A stretch of 15,560 nt of DNA from Deferrisomatales bacterium (GTDB lineage: Bacteria > Desulfobacterota > Deferrisomatia > Deferrisomatales > JACRMM01). Positions 6,613 through 14,686 of the stretch are shown here, in pieces. Position numbers and translations under genes: made by a program. The DNA lies in the NCBI GenBank assembly GCA_033551855.1, contig JAWSUI010000077.1, forward strand, positions 1 to 15,560, given 5' to 3'. Numbering within the stretch: the stretch's first letter is position 1; every line of letters begins with the position of its first letter. The notes beneath the pieces are model-generated. The model did no database searches, was not told where the DNA came from, and saw only the letters and a list, made by a program, of their open reading frames with translations.

Positions 6613-6861
6613 GGGAACCGCAAAGGCGCTGAGGACGCAGAGAGGTGCAAAGACGGTCTCACGCAACGATGCGATGTGTAGAGGCAAAGGCAAAGGCAAG
6701 GGCGGTCTCACGCAACGGCGCAACGTGGAAAGGCAAGGTCAAAGGCGGTTTCGCGCAACGACGCAACGGCCCAACGTGGCCCCTCCCCCGGTTGGGACGC
6801 GGGCGGTTTTCGCGGCTCTTGGGGGGAACCGCCAAGACGCCAAGAACGCCAAGGGGGACCG
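6613..6861 (+). repeat. Terminal mosaic spacer with 3 degenerate direct repeats and the CGCCAAG module
   Basis: Units at 6648-6678, 6697-6727 and 6740-6778 (CAARGRCGGTYTCRCGCAACG...), separated by GGCAAA runs. 6821-6861 matches 2989-3029. Confidence 0.85.
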
Positions 6862-7030
6862 GGGTGGTTCACGGGTCACGCTTCCATGTGGTGAAATCAC
6901 CACGCCTTGGGGATGCCCCGGGCTGAGCTCGCTGATTTGGAACGGCGGTTGGGGATTTCACCGCCCGCCCGCAGGGGGGCGCGGGGCGCAGGAGCCCGGC
7001 CGATGCGCATTGGGCGGGCGCGCCCGCTGC

Positions 7031-7046
7031 TGGCCCGTAGATTGCA
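7031..7046 (+). promoter_or_regulatory. sigma54 (-24/-12) promoter
   Basis: TGGCCC-GTAGA-TTGCA with exact GG-N10-GC spacing, ~75 bp upstream of the receiver gene. Confidence 0.7.
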
Positions 7047-7120
7047 CACCAACTCCGGTGCCCTCGGTTTGCATTGCTTCCTTGCCGATCCATTTTGCTC
7101 GCGTCAGAGGGGTGGAACCC

Positions 7121-7516
7121 GTGAACAAGGTACTGATCGTCGACGACGAGGATCTGGTGTCCCTGGGACTGGCGCGCGTACTGCGGCGGCACGATCGGGA
7201 CATCCGGTGCGCGAAGAGCGCCGAGGAGGCCTTGGAGGCGCTGGCCGAGTGCCCCTACGGCCTGTGCTTTCTCGACGTGCGCCTGCCCGGGATGAGCGGA
7301 CTGGAAGCGCTGGCGCACATCCGCGAGCGGTCGCCCCACACGCGCATCGCGATGATGTCGGCCGGGTATCTGAGCCCGGAGGACGAGGCCGCGATCTCGC
7401 GACAGGCCCACTACTTCGTCGGCAAGCCCTTCGACGTGAGCTTCGTGCGGTCGATCGCCGAGGAGGCGATGGGCCCCCCGCCTACTCCAGGTCAAACCTC
7501 TTCATCTGATACCTGA
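7121..7516 (+). CDS. Single-domain response regulator (CheY-like receiver)
   Basis: 131 aa from GTG 7121: 'VLIVDDE', 'FLDVRLPGMSG', 'MMSA', 'GKPF'. 3' end overlaps the convergent regulator gene by 35 bp. Confidence 0.9.
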   Translation: MNKVLIVDDEDLVSLGLARVLRRHDRDIRCAKSAEEALEALAECPYGLCFLDVRLPGMSGLEALAHIRERSPHTRIAMMSAGYLSPEDEAAISRQAHYFVGKPFDVSFVRSIAEEAMGPPPTPGQTSSSDT

Positions 7517-8891
7517 GGGTGTCGTAGCTGATCCGCAGGAGCTTGGCGGCCTTGCGCTTGTTGTGCTTGGCCTTCTCCAGCGCCTGCACGATCAGGTCGC
7601 GCCGCACCTCCTCGAGGGACAGCCCCCCGTCGGGGAGCACGAGGCGGGACACCGGCAGCGGGGGCTGGGGTTCCGGGTCGGGAGGCGCCCCCGGGGGTCC
7701 GGAGCCGACGAGCTCCTTCGGCAGGTGCTCGACCCCGATCGTGTCGGAGGCCTCGAGGACCACGAGTCGTTCCAGGACGTTCTTCAGCTCCCGCACGTTG
7801 CCCGGCCAGGGGTAGGCGAGGAGGGCCGCCCGGCACCCGGGCGAGAGGGCCTGCACCCGCGGGCGCTTGTACTTGGCCGAGAGGCTGACGAGGAAGTGCT
7901 CCGTGAAGGCGAGGACGTCGCCGCCGCGGTCCCGCAGGGGGGGCACGACCAGGGAGAAGGCGTCGAGGCGGTAGAGGAGGTCGAGGCGAAAGGCGCCCCG
8001 GTCCGCGGCCTCCCGGAGGTCCCGGTTGGTGCTGGCGATCACGGTGGCGTGGATCGGGATGTCTTCCTTGCCGGCGATGCGGCGGATCGTCCGCTCCTGG
8101 AGGACCCGAAGGAGCTTTCCCTGGAAGGCGAAGGGCATGTCCCCGATCTCGTCCAGGAGGATGGTGCCCCGGCCGGCCAGCTCGAAGACCCCCTTCTTCA
8201 TCGTCTTGGCGTCGGTGAAGGCGCCCCGCTCGTGGCCGAAGAGCTCGCTCTCGATGAGGGACTCGGTGAGGGCGGTGCAGTTGACCCCGATGAAGGGCGC
8301 GTAGTCGGGGGCGTCGCGGCGCATCCGGTGGTGGACGTGGCGGGCCACCACCTCCTTGCCCGTGCCGCTCTCCCCGGTGACGAGGATCGTGTCGACCCCG
8401 GCCGCGGCGATCTTCTCGACTTTCTCCCGAAGCTCGGCCATGCCCGGGGACCGGCCCACGAGCTCGGGGACGTCGGGCTCCCCCTCGGCGCTGCGCCGCT
8501 GCTCGAGCTCTCGCTTGAGCCGCTGCTTCTCCGCCAGGTTTCCGATGACCTTGCGGACCTCGTTGAGGTCGAAGGGCTTGGTAAGGTAGTCGGACGCCCC
8601 GGCCTTGAGGGCGCGGGTCGCGGTCTGGGCGGTGGCGTCGCCGGTGAGCATCACGACCTCGGTGTCCGCCCCCCGGTCGCGGAGCTCGCGCAGCACGTCG
8701 AGGCCGCTGCCGTCCTGGAGCCCGATGTCGAGGAGGACGACCTCGGGCAGCCATGCGAAGACCTTGTCGACCAGCCCCCTGGCGGTGGGCGTGGACTGGA
8801 CCTCGTACCCCTGCCGCTTGAGGACCCGGGTGAGGTTGAGGAGGATGAGGGGGTCGTCCTCGGCGATGAAGACCCGTCCCGGGGAGCTCAC
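7482..8891 (-). CDS. sigma54-dependent NtrC-family response regulator (REC-AAA+-Fis HTH)
   Basis: 469 aa from GTG 8891 (GTGA overlap with the kinase stop). GESGTGKE, ESELFGHERGAFTDA, LLDEIGDM, WPGNVREL and a C-terminal HTH. Confidence 0.96.
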   Translation of the reverse strand: MSSPGRVFIAEDDPLILLNLTRVLKRQGYEVQSTPTARGLVDKVFAWLPEVVLLDIGLQDGSGLDVLRELRDRGADTEVVMLTGDATAQTATRALKAGASDYLTKPFDLNEVRKVIGNLAEKQRLKRELEQRRSAEGEPDVPELVGRSPGMAELREKVEKIAAAGVDTILVTGESGTGKEVVARHVHHRMRRDAPDYAPFIGVNCTALTESLIESELFGHERGAFTDAKTMKKGVFELAGRGTILLDEIGDMPFAFQGKLLRVLQERTIRRIAGKEDIPIHATVIASTNRDLREAADRGAFRLDLLYRLDAFSLVVPPLRDRGGDVLAFTEHFLVSLSAKYKRPRVQALSPGCRAALLAYPWPGNVRELKNVLERLVVLEASDTIGVEHLPKELVGSGPPGAPPDPEPQPPLPVSRLVLPDGGLSLEEVRRDLIVQALEKAKHNKRKAAKLLRISYDTLRYQMKRFDLE

Positions 8892-10357
8892 GGCCCCTCC
8901 TCCCCCAGGCCATCCCGGGCGCCGGCGGCACCGTCCAGGGGGAGCTCGATCGTGAAGCAGGCCCCGCCCTCTTCCCGGTTGGCCGCGGTGAGGCTTCCCC
9001 CGTGCTGTGCCACGACGCCCCTCGAGATGGCGAGGCCCAAACCGGTGCCGCTCGCCTTCTGGGTGTAGAAGGGCTCGAAGAGCCTGTTCTCCAAGCCCGG
9101 GGCGATGCCGTGGCCGGTGTCGCAGACCCGGATCACGACCCGGTCGCCGTTCCGCCCGGTGGACACGGAGAGGGTGCCGCCGTCGGGCATGGCCTCGAAG
9201 GCGTTGGCCGCAAGGTTCAGGAACACCTGGACGAGCTTCTCGGGGTCGGCGACGACCGGCGGCACGTTCTCCCCCCACTGACAGGCGACCTGCACCCGGC
9301 CGTCGCCATGGCCCCTTCCCCTCGCCCGGTTCCTCGAGAGCTCCAAGGCCCGGTCCAGGAGGGGGTGCACGTCGACCCGGGCGAAGTGGGGCGGCTTCGG
9401 CTTGGCAAATTCCAGCATGCCGCGCATGAGGGAGTCGATCCGACCGATCTCGCCGACGGACATGGCGAGGATGTCCCTGACGTCGGGCGCGAGCTCCGCC
9501 TCCTCGTTCAGGACGTCGAGGGACACCTTGATGCCGGCCAGGGGGTTCTTGATCTCGTGGACCAGACCGGCCGCCACCTCGCCGCAGGCCACCATGTGCT
9601 CGGTCCGCTGAAGCTGCACCATCTGCTCCTTCAGGGACCGGGCCATCTGGTTGAAGGACTCCCCGAGCTCCCGGAACTCGTGCTCCAGCCCCTCCACCCC
9701 GTGGTCGAGGTTGCCCCCCTCGATCTGCCGGGTCGCGTGCAGGAGCGCGTCGATGGGCCGGGAGAACGACCGGAAGACGCTGACGGCGAGGCCGACGGCC
9801 AGCAGGGGACCCAAGGCCAGAAGGACATAGAGGACCCGGTTGGTCCAGAGGATCTGGGTCACCACCTGGGACGTCTTGCGCTCGAGCTGGGCCGTGGTGG
9901 CGGCGATCATCTCGTGGATCTTGTCCGCGAGCTCCGCCCCCTCCCCGAAGGCGGCGTCCTCCTCGGCCTTCAGGCGCTCGGTGTTGGCGCGGATCGTCAG
10001 AACCCTGCTGATCGAGCCCTCGAAGCGCCGGGTGCGGTCGAGAAGGTCCTCGAGGACCGCGTGGGTGGGCCGGGCGTGGTGGCACCCGAAGCAGCCCTCG
10101 AGGGACGAGCCCATGGCCATCACGTTCTCGACGATGCTGTCCACCCCCTGGAAGAATCGCGTGTTCCGGGCGGCGACGTTGGCCTTGACGGTCTGGACCC
10201 GCACCAGCAGCTCCTCGCGCATGAGCTCGATCTGGTGCAGCCGCACGAGCTCGTCGAGCTCGCTGGTGCTGCGGTGGATGCTTCGCGCGATGTACAGCCC
10301 GGCCAGGACGAACACGGCGCAGAAGACGACGGTGGCGACGAGGACCTTGCGTCTCAT
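8888..10357 (-). CDS. Membrane sensor histidine kinase with HAMP domain and periplasmic CxxCH motif
   Basis: Two hydrophobic segments flank a sensor region containing CFGCH. H-box HEIKNPL, N-box QVFLNLAANA, DTGHGI, GTGLGL. Confidence 0.95.
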   Translation of the reverse strand: MRRKVLVATVVFCAVFVLAGLYIARSIHRSTSELDELVRLHQIELMREELLVRVQTVKANVAARNTRFFQGVDSIVENVMAMGSSLEGCFGCHHARPTHAVLEDLLDRTRRFEGSISRVLTIRANTERLKAEEDAAFGEGAELADKIHEMIAATTAQLERKTSQVVTQILWTNRVLYVLLALGPLLAVGLAVSVFRSFSRPIDALLHATRQIEGGNLDHGVEGLEHEFRELGESFNQMARSLKEQMVQLQRTEHMVACGEVAAGLVHEIKNPLAGIKVSLDVLNEEAELAPDVRDILAMSVGEIGRIDSLMRGMLEFAKPKPPHFARVDVHPLLDRALELSRNRARGRGHGDGRVQVACQWGENVPPVVADPEKLVQVFLNLAANAFEAMPDGGTLSVSTGRNGDRVVIRVCDTGHGIAPGLENRLFEPFYTQKASGTGLGLAISRGVVAQHGGSLTAANREEGGACFTIELPLDGAAGARDGLGEEGP

Positions 10358-10408
10358 GGAAAGACCGGGAATCGGGGGCGGGGGGTCGGGGGTCGGGCTC
10401 TCACACGG

Positions 10409-11323
10409 TCACCGGTTGATGTAGTCGTACGTCGCGAGGTCGAGACCCGCGGTCTTCGCGTAGGCCGAGACCGCGGCGTAGTCGTCGTCGGTGGTCGGGA
10501 TGAAGCGGGCCGCCCCGAAGCGGCGGAGCACGGCGACCCCTTCCTCGTCCTCATGCAGGAGAAGCAGGGCGTTTCGCAGACGGTCGGTCAGGGCGGGGTC
10601 CAGGTCGGCGCGCACGGCCAGCGCGTTCTCGGGCACGGGGGGGGACCAGGCCAGGATCTCGAGCTCCTGGGCCGCCTCGGGATTCGCGCTCACGAAACGC
10701 CGGAACACGGTGTTCTTGAGGGCTCCGGCGTCCGCCTTTCGGTCGAGCACGTCGGCCACGACCCCCTCGTGGGTCCCGGCGAAGTAGGTCTCGCGGAAGT
10801 GGGTCGGATAGTCCACGACCCCGTGCTCCTTGAAGTAGGCCAGGGGGAACAGATACCCCGCGGTGGTGGCCTGGTCGACGAAGGCGAAGACCCCGCCCCT
10901 CATGTCCGCGGGGCCCCGAATGCCGCTGTCGGCCCGGACCACCAGGAGCCCGTGGTAGGTGGACGTGCCGTCGGGGCTCTCGGGCCGGGCGAGGACCCGC
11001 AGGCCGAGCTTCTGCTGGGAGAGGACGTACGTGAAGCTGCCGAAGAAGGCGCCGTCGAGCTTCCCCTGCTGGAAGCTCCCCACGATATTCCCGTAGCGGG
11101 GAAGCACCTTGAGCTCGATGCCGCGCCCGACCCGACGGGAGAGGATGTCCGCGAGCGGCCGGTAGCGCCGGAGCTGCTCGAAGAGGTCCTGCTCCGGAAG
11201 GACGCCGATGACGAGGGGAGCCTGCGCCGGAGCGCCCTGGGGGCCGGCCGCCCGGGCGAGAACCGTCACGCCGAGCGAGAATGCCAAAAGGAAAAGCCCC
11301 CCGATCACGGTCTTACACGGCAT
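10409..11323 (-). CDS. PhnD/phosphonate-type periplasmic substrate-binding protein (no transporter in the operon)
   Basis: Signal peptide; 'YHGLLVVRADSGI', 'FAFVDQATTAGYLFP', 'FAGTHEGVVADVL..KADAGA'. Confidence 0.9.
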   Translation of the reverse strand: MPCKTVIGGLFLLAFSLGVTVLARAAGPQGAPAQAPLVIGVLPEQDLFEQLRRYRPLADILSRRVGRGIELKVLPRYGNIVGSFQQGKLDGAFFGSFTYVLSQQKLGLRVLARPESPDGTSTYHGLLVVRADSGIRGPADMRGGVFAFVDQATTAGYLFPLAYFKEHGVVDYPTHFRETYFAGTHEGVVADVLDRKADAGALKNTVFRRFVSANPEAAQELEILAWSPPVPENALAVRADLDPALTDRLRNALLLLHEDEEGVAVLRRFGAARFIPTTDDDYAAVSAYAKTAGLDLATYDYINR

Positions 11324-11896
11324 CCTTCGGCTCCTCCCAGGCCGGTGCGCACGGCCCCCACCACCCCCCTCGCCACCAGCAAGGCTTCCCTATCGGCCCG
11401 GCCGGCTCGACGGTTGACGGGCCGGACGGGCCGCGGCCCGGTGGAGACTTCGGCCCACCCGGAGGGTTCGGCCTCCCCCGCGAACGCGCCCGCGATCGCC
11501 GGAAAGCACTCTGGGTGAGGGCATTCTCTCACAATGTCCCACGAAGTGTCCGCGAAAATTCGGTTCTTCCGGGAAACGACCGGGTGGGCCCGCCCACTCC
11601 GGCGGCTGAGGCCGGGCTGCACGGTTGGTGTGCTCCCCCGCCGCGTCCGGAACCCTCGCGGCATCGCGGCTCCCGAAGCGGCTGCCCAGGTCGAGCGGCC
11701 GTCCGCCTGCGCCGTCGGACCCACCCGCCTGGCCCTGGGTGCGGAAACCCGCCATTCCAGGGAGGACCAAGAATCCGGTGGAGCTCTGTCGGGGCCCGGT
11801 CACTCCGCGGCTCATGGTTCACCCGCGACGGCCCGATAGGGGTCGGCAGCCCCGGGCAGGCCGGGGCGCGGGACGCACTCCTGCCGAGGGCGGCCG

Positions 11897-12367
11897 ATGG
11901 CGGAACGGGAGAACGCGGCGCGGGTGGTCGAGGAGCGCCGCCGCGGGGAGCGGAGGACGGAAAGGGGCTACCGGTTCGTGGACCGCCGGTCCGGGTTCGA
12001 CCGCCGCACCGGGACGACGGCGGGACGGGCTTCCCCCCTCGGTGCCCTGGTGGAGGCCCTGCGGGCCCACCCGGGCCGCTTTGCCCTACTCCTGGTCGGG
12101 ATCAACACCCTCAACCTGGCGGACTACCTGCTGACCCTGGTCGCCCTGGCCAACGGCGTGGGCGAGGCCAACCCCTTCATGGCGGGGCTCTTCGAGCAGA
12201 GCTCGGCGTTGGCCGGGTTCGTCAAGGTGGCGCTCGTGGGGCTCGTCTCCGCCCTGCTCTGGCGGGTCCGGACCTTCCGGTTGTCCATCGTCTCCGCGGC
12301 GCTTATGCTGGGTCTGCTGTTCGGCGTCTTCGGGTTCCACCTGGCCGGCCTCTCCGCGCTGCGCTGA
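11897..12367 (+). CDS. DUF5658-like membrane protein with N-terminal ERR/DRR repeats
   Basis: 'LNLADYLLTLVAL..GVGEANPFM' followed by hydrophobic helices. N-terminus EERRRGERR...DRRSGFDRR. Confidence 0.8.
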   Translation: MAERENAARVVEERRRGERRTERGYRFVDRRSGFDRRTGTTAGRASPLGALVEALRAHPGRFALLLVGINTLNLADYLLTLVALANGVGEANPFMAGLFEQSSALAGFVKVALVGLVSALLWRVRTFRLSIVSAALMLGLLFGVFGFHLAGLSALR

Positions 12368-12553
12368 GCGGCCCGTACCGCAAGCCCACTGGCCGGGAGC
12401 CCGGCGGCAGCCGGGACGGACCGCACGGGACGCCCGGATGGACCGTCCGGATCGCGATTCCGATTTGGATTGGGGAGGGGAGCGGACATGGCTCGGCGGC
12501 ATGAGTTGCCCACGACCTGCGGTCGCCCCGAGGGATGAAACACCGACCGGTCG

Positions 12554-12590
12554 CCCTCACCCCAGGCCCCTCTCCCGGGGGGAGAGGGGA
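12554..12590. repeat. CCCTCACCCC...CCCTCTCCC/GGGAGAGGG extragenic palindromic element
   Basis: Stem CCCCTCTCCC/GGGAGAGGGG preceded by CCCTCACCCC, a widespread REP-like motif. Confidence 0.7.
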
Positions 12591-12648
12591 TTCAAGGAAG
12601 GGGTTTTCTTTCTAGGCGCTCTCGCTAGCCCCGCGGAGGGTTCTTCCC

Positions 12649-13530
12649 GTGTGGATCGACGCGCACGTCCACTGGTGCCTGTTCGGGCGCCCGCCCGAGG
12701 AGGTGGTGCCCGAGCTCGAGCGGCTCGCCGGCGCCGGGTGCGAGGCCGTGGTGGTCTTGCCCCTTCCCGCCATGGGGGCGCCCCCCGAGCGGGCGGTCCA
12801 CCTGATCCCGGGAGCCTACCGGGACTTCACCGGCATCGACCAGGAACGTATCGCCCACGACGACCTGGAGGCCTGGAGGTCCTTCCATGGGCTGTGGGCC
12901 GCCGAGCCCCGCCCACTGCGGGTGCACTCCTTCCTCGACGTGCGGGCCTGGGACGGGCGGTCCGACCTGGAGGCCTGGTGGGGCCCGGGGCACGCCGGGC
13001 TCAAGAACATCCTCGTCCTCGAGGAGGACGAGGCCAAGATGCGCATGCCGCCCCTGCGCCGGGTGCCCGGCATCGGCCGGGAGAAGTACCTGGAGGCGCA
13101 CCGGCACGTCTTCGCGGCGGCCGCCCGCTGGGGCGTTCCCCTCCTCTACCACGCGGACCTCACCCTGCACGCCGCCTTCGTGGAGGAGTGCCTCGCGGCG
13201 CACCCGGGGCTACGGGTCTGCATCCCGCACCTGGGGTTCAGCCGCCGCCGCATGGCCGAGCTGCTGGAACGGTTCCCCGGGGTGATGACCGACATCTCGA
13301 GCCTGCGGCCCTTCATCGAGGCCGACCCCGAGGCCTACCGGTCCTTCATGCTGGAGCTCCCCGACCGGGTGCTCCTGGGGAGCGACGCCATCGCCTGCCG
13401 AGACCTCGGCCCGGCCCTGGAATACGTAGCCTGCGTCCGGGGGCTCCGCCTGCCGGAAGAGGTGCAGGAGGCGGTGCTGCGGGGCAACGCCCGGCGCTTC
13501 CTGGGGAACCCACCCGACGCTTCCCCTTGA
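12649..13530 (+). CDS. Amidohydrolase-family (TIM-barrel metal-dependent) protein
   Basis: 'IDAHVH' HxH motif, 'LYHAD', 'IPHLG', 'LLGSDA', C-terminal 'GNARRFL'. Confidence 0.88.
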   Translation: MWIDAHVHWCLFGRPPEEVVPELERLAGAGCEAVVVLPLPAMGAPPERAVHLIPGAYRDFTGIDQERIAHDDLEAWRSFHGLWAAEPRPLRVHSFLDVRAWDGRSDLEAWWGPGHAGLKNILVLEEDEAKMRMPPLRRVPGIGREKYLEAHRHVFAAAARWGVPLLYHADLTLHAAFVEECLAAHPGLRVCIPHLGFSRRRMAELLERFPGVMTDISSLRPFIEADPEAYRSFMLELPDRVLLGSDAIACRDLGPALEYVACVRGLRLPEEVQEAVLRGNARRFLGNPPDASP

Positions 13531-13545
13531 AGGGGGGCCATCGGC

Positions 13546-13675
13546 GGACGCCTCGGCCGGGTGTCCCTGCCCCGGTCGAAGCGGACAGGCCGGCAACAGG
13601 GCGGGTGGGGGGCCGAGGGAAGCACGGCATTCCCCCGCCGACGCGCCCGCGGACGCCTTGGCGAGGCGTCCCTAC
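13546..13675 (-). repeat. Two co-oriented GTAG-type REP-like palindromes
   Basis: 13651-13675 reads GTAGGGACGCCTCGCCAAGGCGTCC on the minus strand. 13546-13570 is a 20/25 copy. Located between convergent genes. Confidence 0.75.
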
Positions 13676-13712
13676 CGAGGGAAGACCCGACTCCCCCTTG
13701 GAGGGGAGGCTC

Positions 13713-13949
13713 TCAGGCGGGGCCCAGGAGGCGGGCGATCGCCTCGGGACCCAGGAGCTTCCCGACGGACCGGACCTCCCCGTCGACGACCAGCGCGGGA
13801 AACGCAAAGACCCCGTGACGGGCGATCTCGTCGAGGTCGGTCACCTTCGTGACCGACGCCTCCCGCCCCGAGAGGGCCACCGCCTCCACGGCGGCCTCGT
13901 ACATCCGGATGCACTTGGGACAGCCCACACCGAGGACCTGGATCTCCAT
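13713..13949 (-). CDS. Small redox-active disulfide protein (MTH895-type thioredoxin family)
   Basis: 78 aa 'IQVLGVGCPKC...VTKVTDLDEIARHGV..FPALVVDGEV'. Confidence 0.92.
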   Translation of the reverse strand: MEIQVLGVGCPKCIRMYEAAVEAVALSGREASVTKVTDLDEIARHGVFAFPALVVDGEVRSVGKLLGPEAIARLLGPA

Positions 13950-13962
13950 CTCCGTGCTCCTT

Positions 13963-14682
13963 TCACCCGGCCGGCGGGAGCTGGTTGACGATCAGGTACA
14001 GCCCCACCGCGGCCAGGAGCGCCCCGGCGGCGCGGCGAAACCACAGGTTGGCCCGAGCGTAGCGCTCCGACGCCACCAGCCGCCGCACCGCGCCCACGGA
14101 GGTGCCGGCGACGACGAGCAGGGCGCAGTGCCCCACGGCGTAGAGCCAGACGAGCAGCAGGCCGTAGCCGAGGCTGGCCTTCGAGGCCACGTAGGCCAGC
14201 ACCACCGCGAGCACCGGGGCGGCGCAGGGGGCCGAGAGGACGCCGAAGAGCAGACCCATGCCGAAGGCGGCCCCGAGGCCGCTCCGGGCGGGGCGCACCC
14301 GCCCGAGCCGATTCGACAAGCCCGGCAGGCTCAGGTGCCAGAGGTCCCAGAACTGGGCGGCGGCCAGCAGGCACACGGCCGCGAGGACCCAGGGCCAGAA
14401 GGGTCCCGCGGCCCCGAAGTAGGTGCCGGCCGAGACCGCCGCGACGGCCATGGCGGAGAAGGACGCGGCCAGTCCGGCGACGAAGACGAGGGAGGTGAGG
14501 AGCCCCCGCCGCCAGTCGGTGACGGCGGCGTGCCCGCCGGTCAGGCCGATCAGCACCGGCACGGCCGCGAGGCTGCAGGGGTTGGCGGCGGTGGTGACCC
14601 CGCCCAGGAAGACGGCCGCCGCGGCCAGCCAGGGGCGGCTTTGGAGCCAGTAGCTCGTCAGCTCGGACAGCCCCTCGAGCAC
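13963..14682 (-). CDS. ccdA: CcdA/DsbD-type transmembrane electron transporter (cytochrome c biogenesis family)
   Basis: Polytopic membrane protein with two PC motifs: 'ANPCSLAAVP' and 'SAPCAAPVL'. Confidence 0.88.
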   Translation of the reverse strand: MLEGLSELTSYWLQSRPWLAAAAVFLGGVTTAANPCSLAAVPVLIGLTGGHAAVTDWRRGLLTSLVFVAGLAASFSAMAVAAVSAGTYFGAAGPFWPWVLAAVCLLAAAQFWDLWHLSLPGLSNRLGRVRPARSGLGAAFGMGLLFGVLSAPCAAPVLAVVLAYVASKASLGYGLLLVWLYAVGHCALLVVAGTSVGAVRRLVASERYARANLWFRRAAGALLAAVGLYLIVNQLPPAG

Positions 14683-14686
14683 GACG

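Noticed and set aside
45..6861. CRISPR array interpretation of the repeats
   Set aside because: No constant-length repeat with unique regular spacers and no cas genes. The repeats are degenerate, modular and separated by whole genes.
8892..10085. N-terminal extension of the 867-aa ORF (apparent giant regulator)
   Set aside because: It is an off-frame, Pro/Arg-rich shadow of the kinase gene. The real start is GTG 8891, overlapping the kinase stop.
10409..11323. Naming this gene phnD or aioX
   Set aside because: No phnCE transporter genes are adjacent and the mature protein has no arsenite-binding Cys.
11534..11839. 101-aa ORF in the divergent intergenic region
   Set aside because: No recognisable motif or convincing RBS; more likely regulatory DNA.
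7563..13988. Long ORFs 7563-9068, 9002-11518, 11281-12504 and 12438-13988
   Set aside because: Antisense or alternate-frame shadows typical of high-GC DNA, with no recognisable motifs and overlapping well-supported genes.
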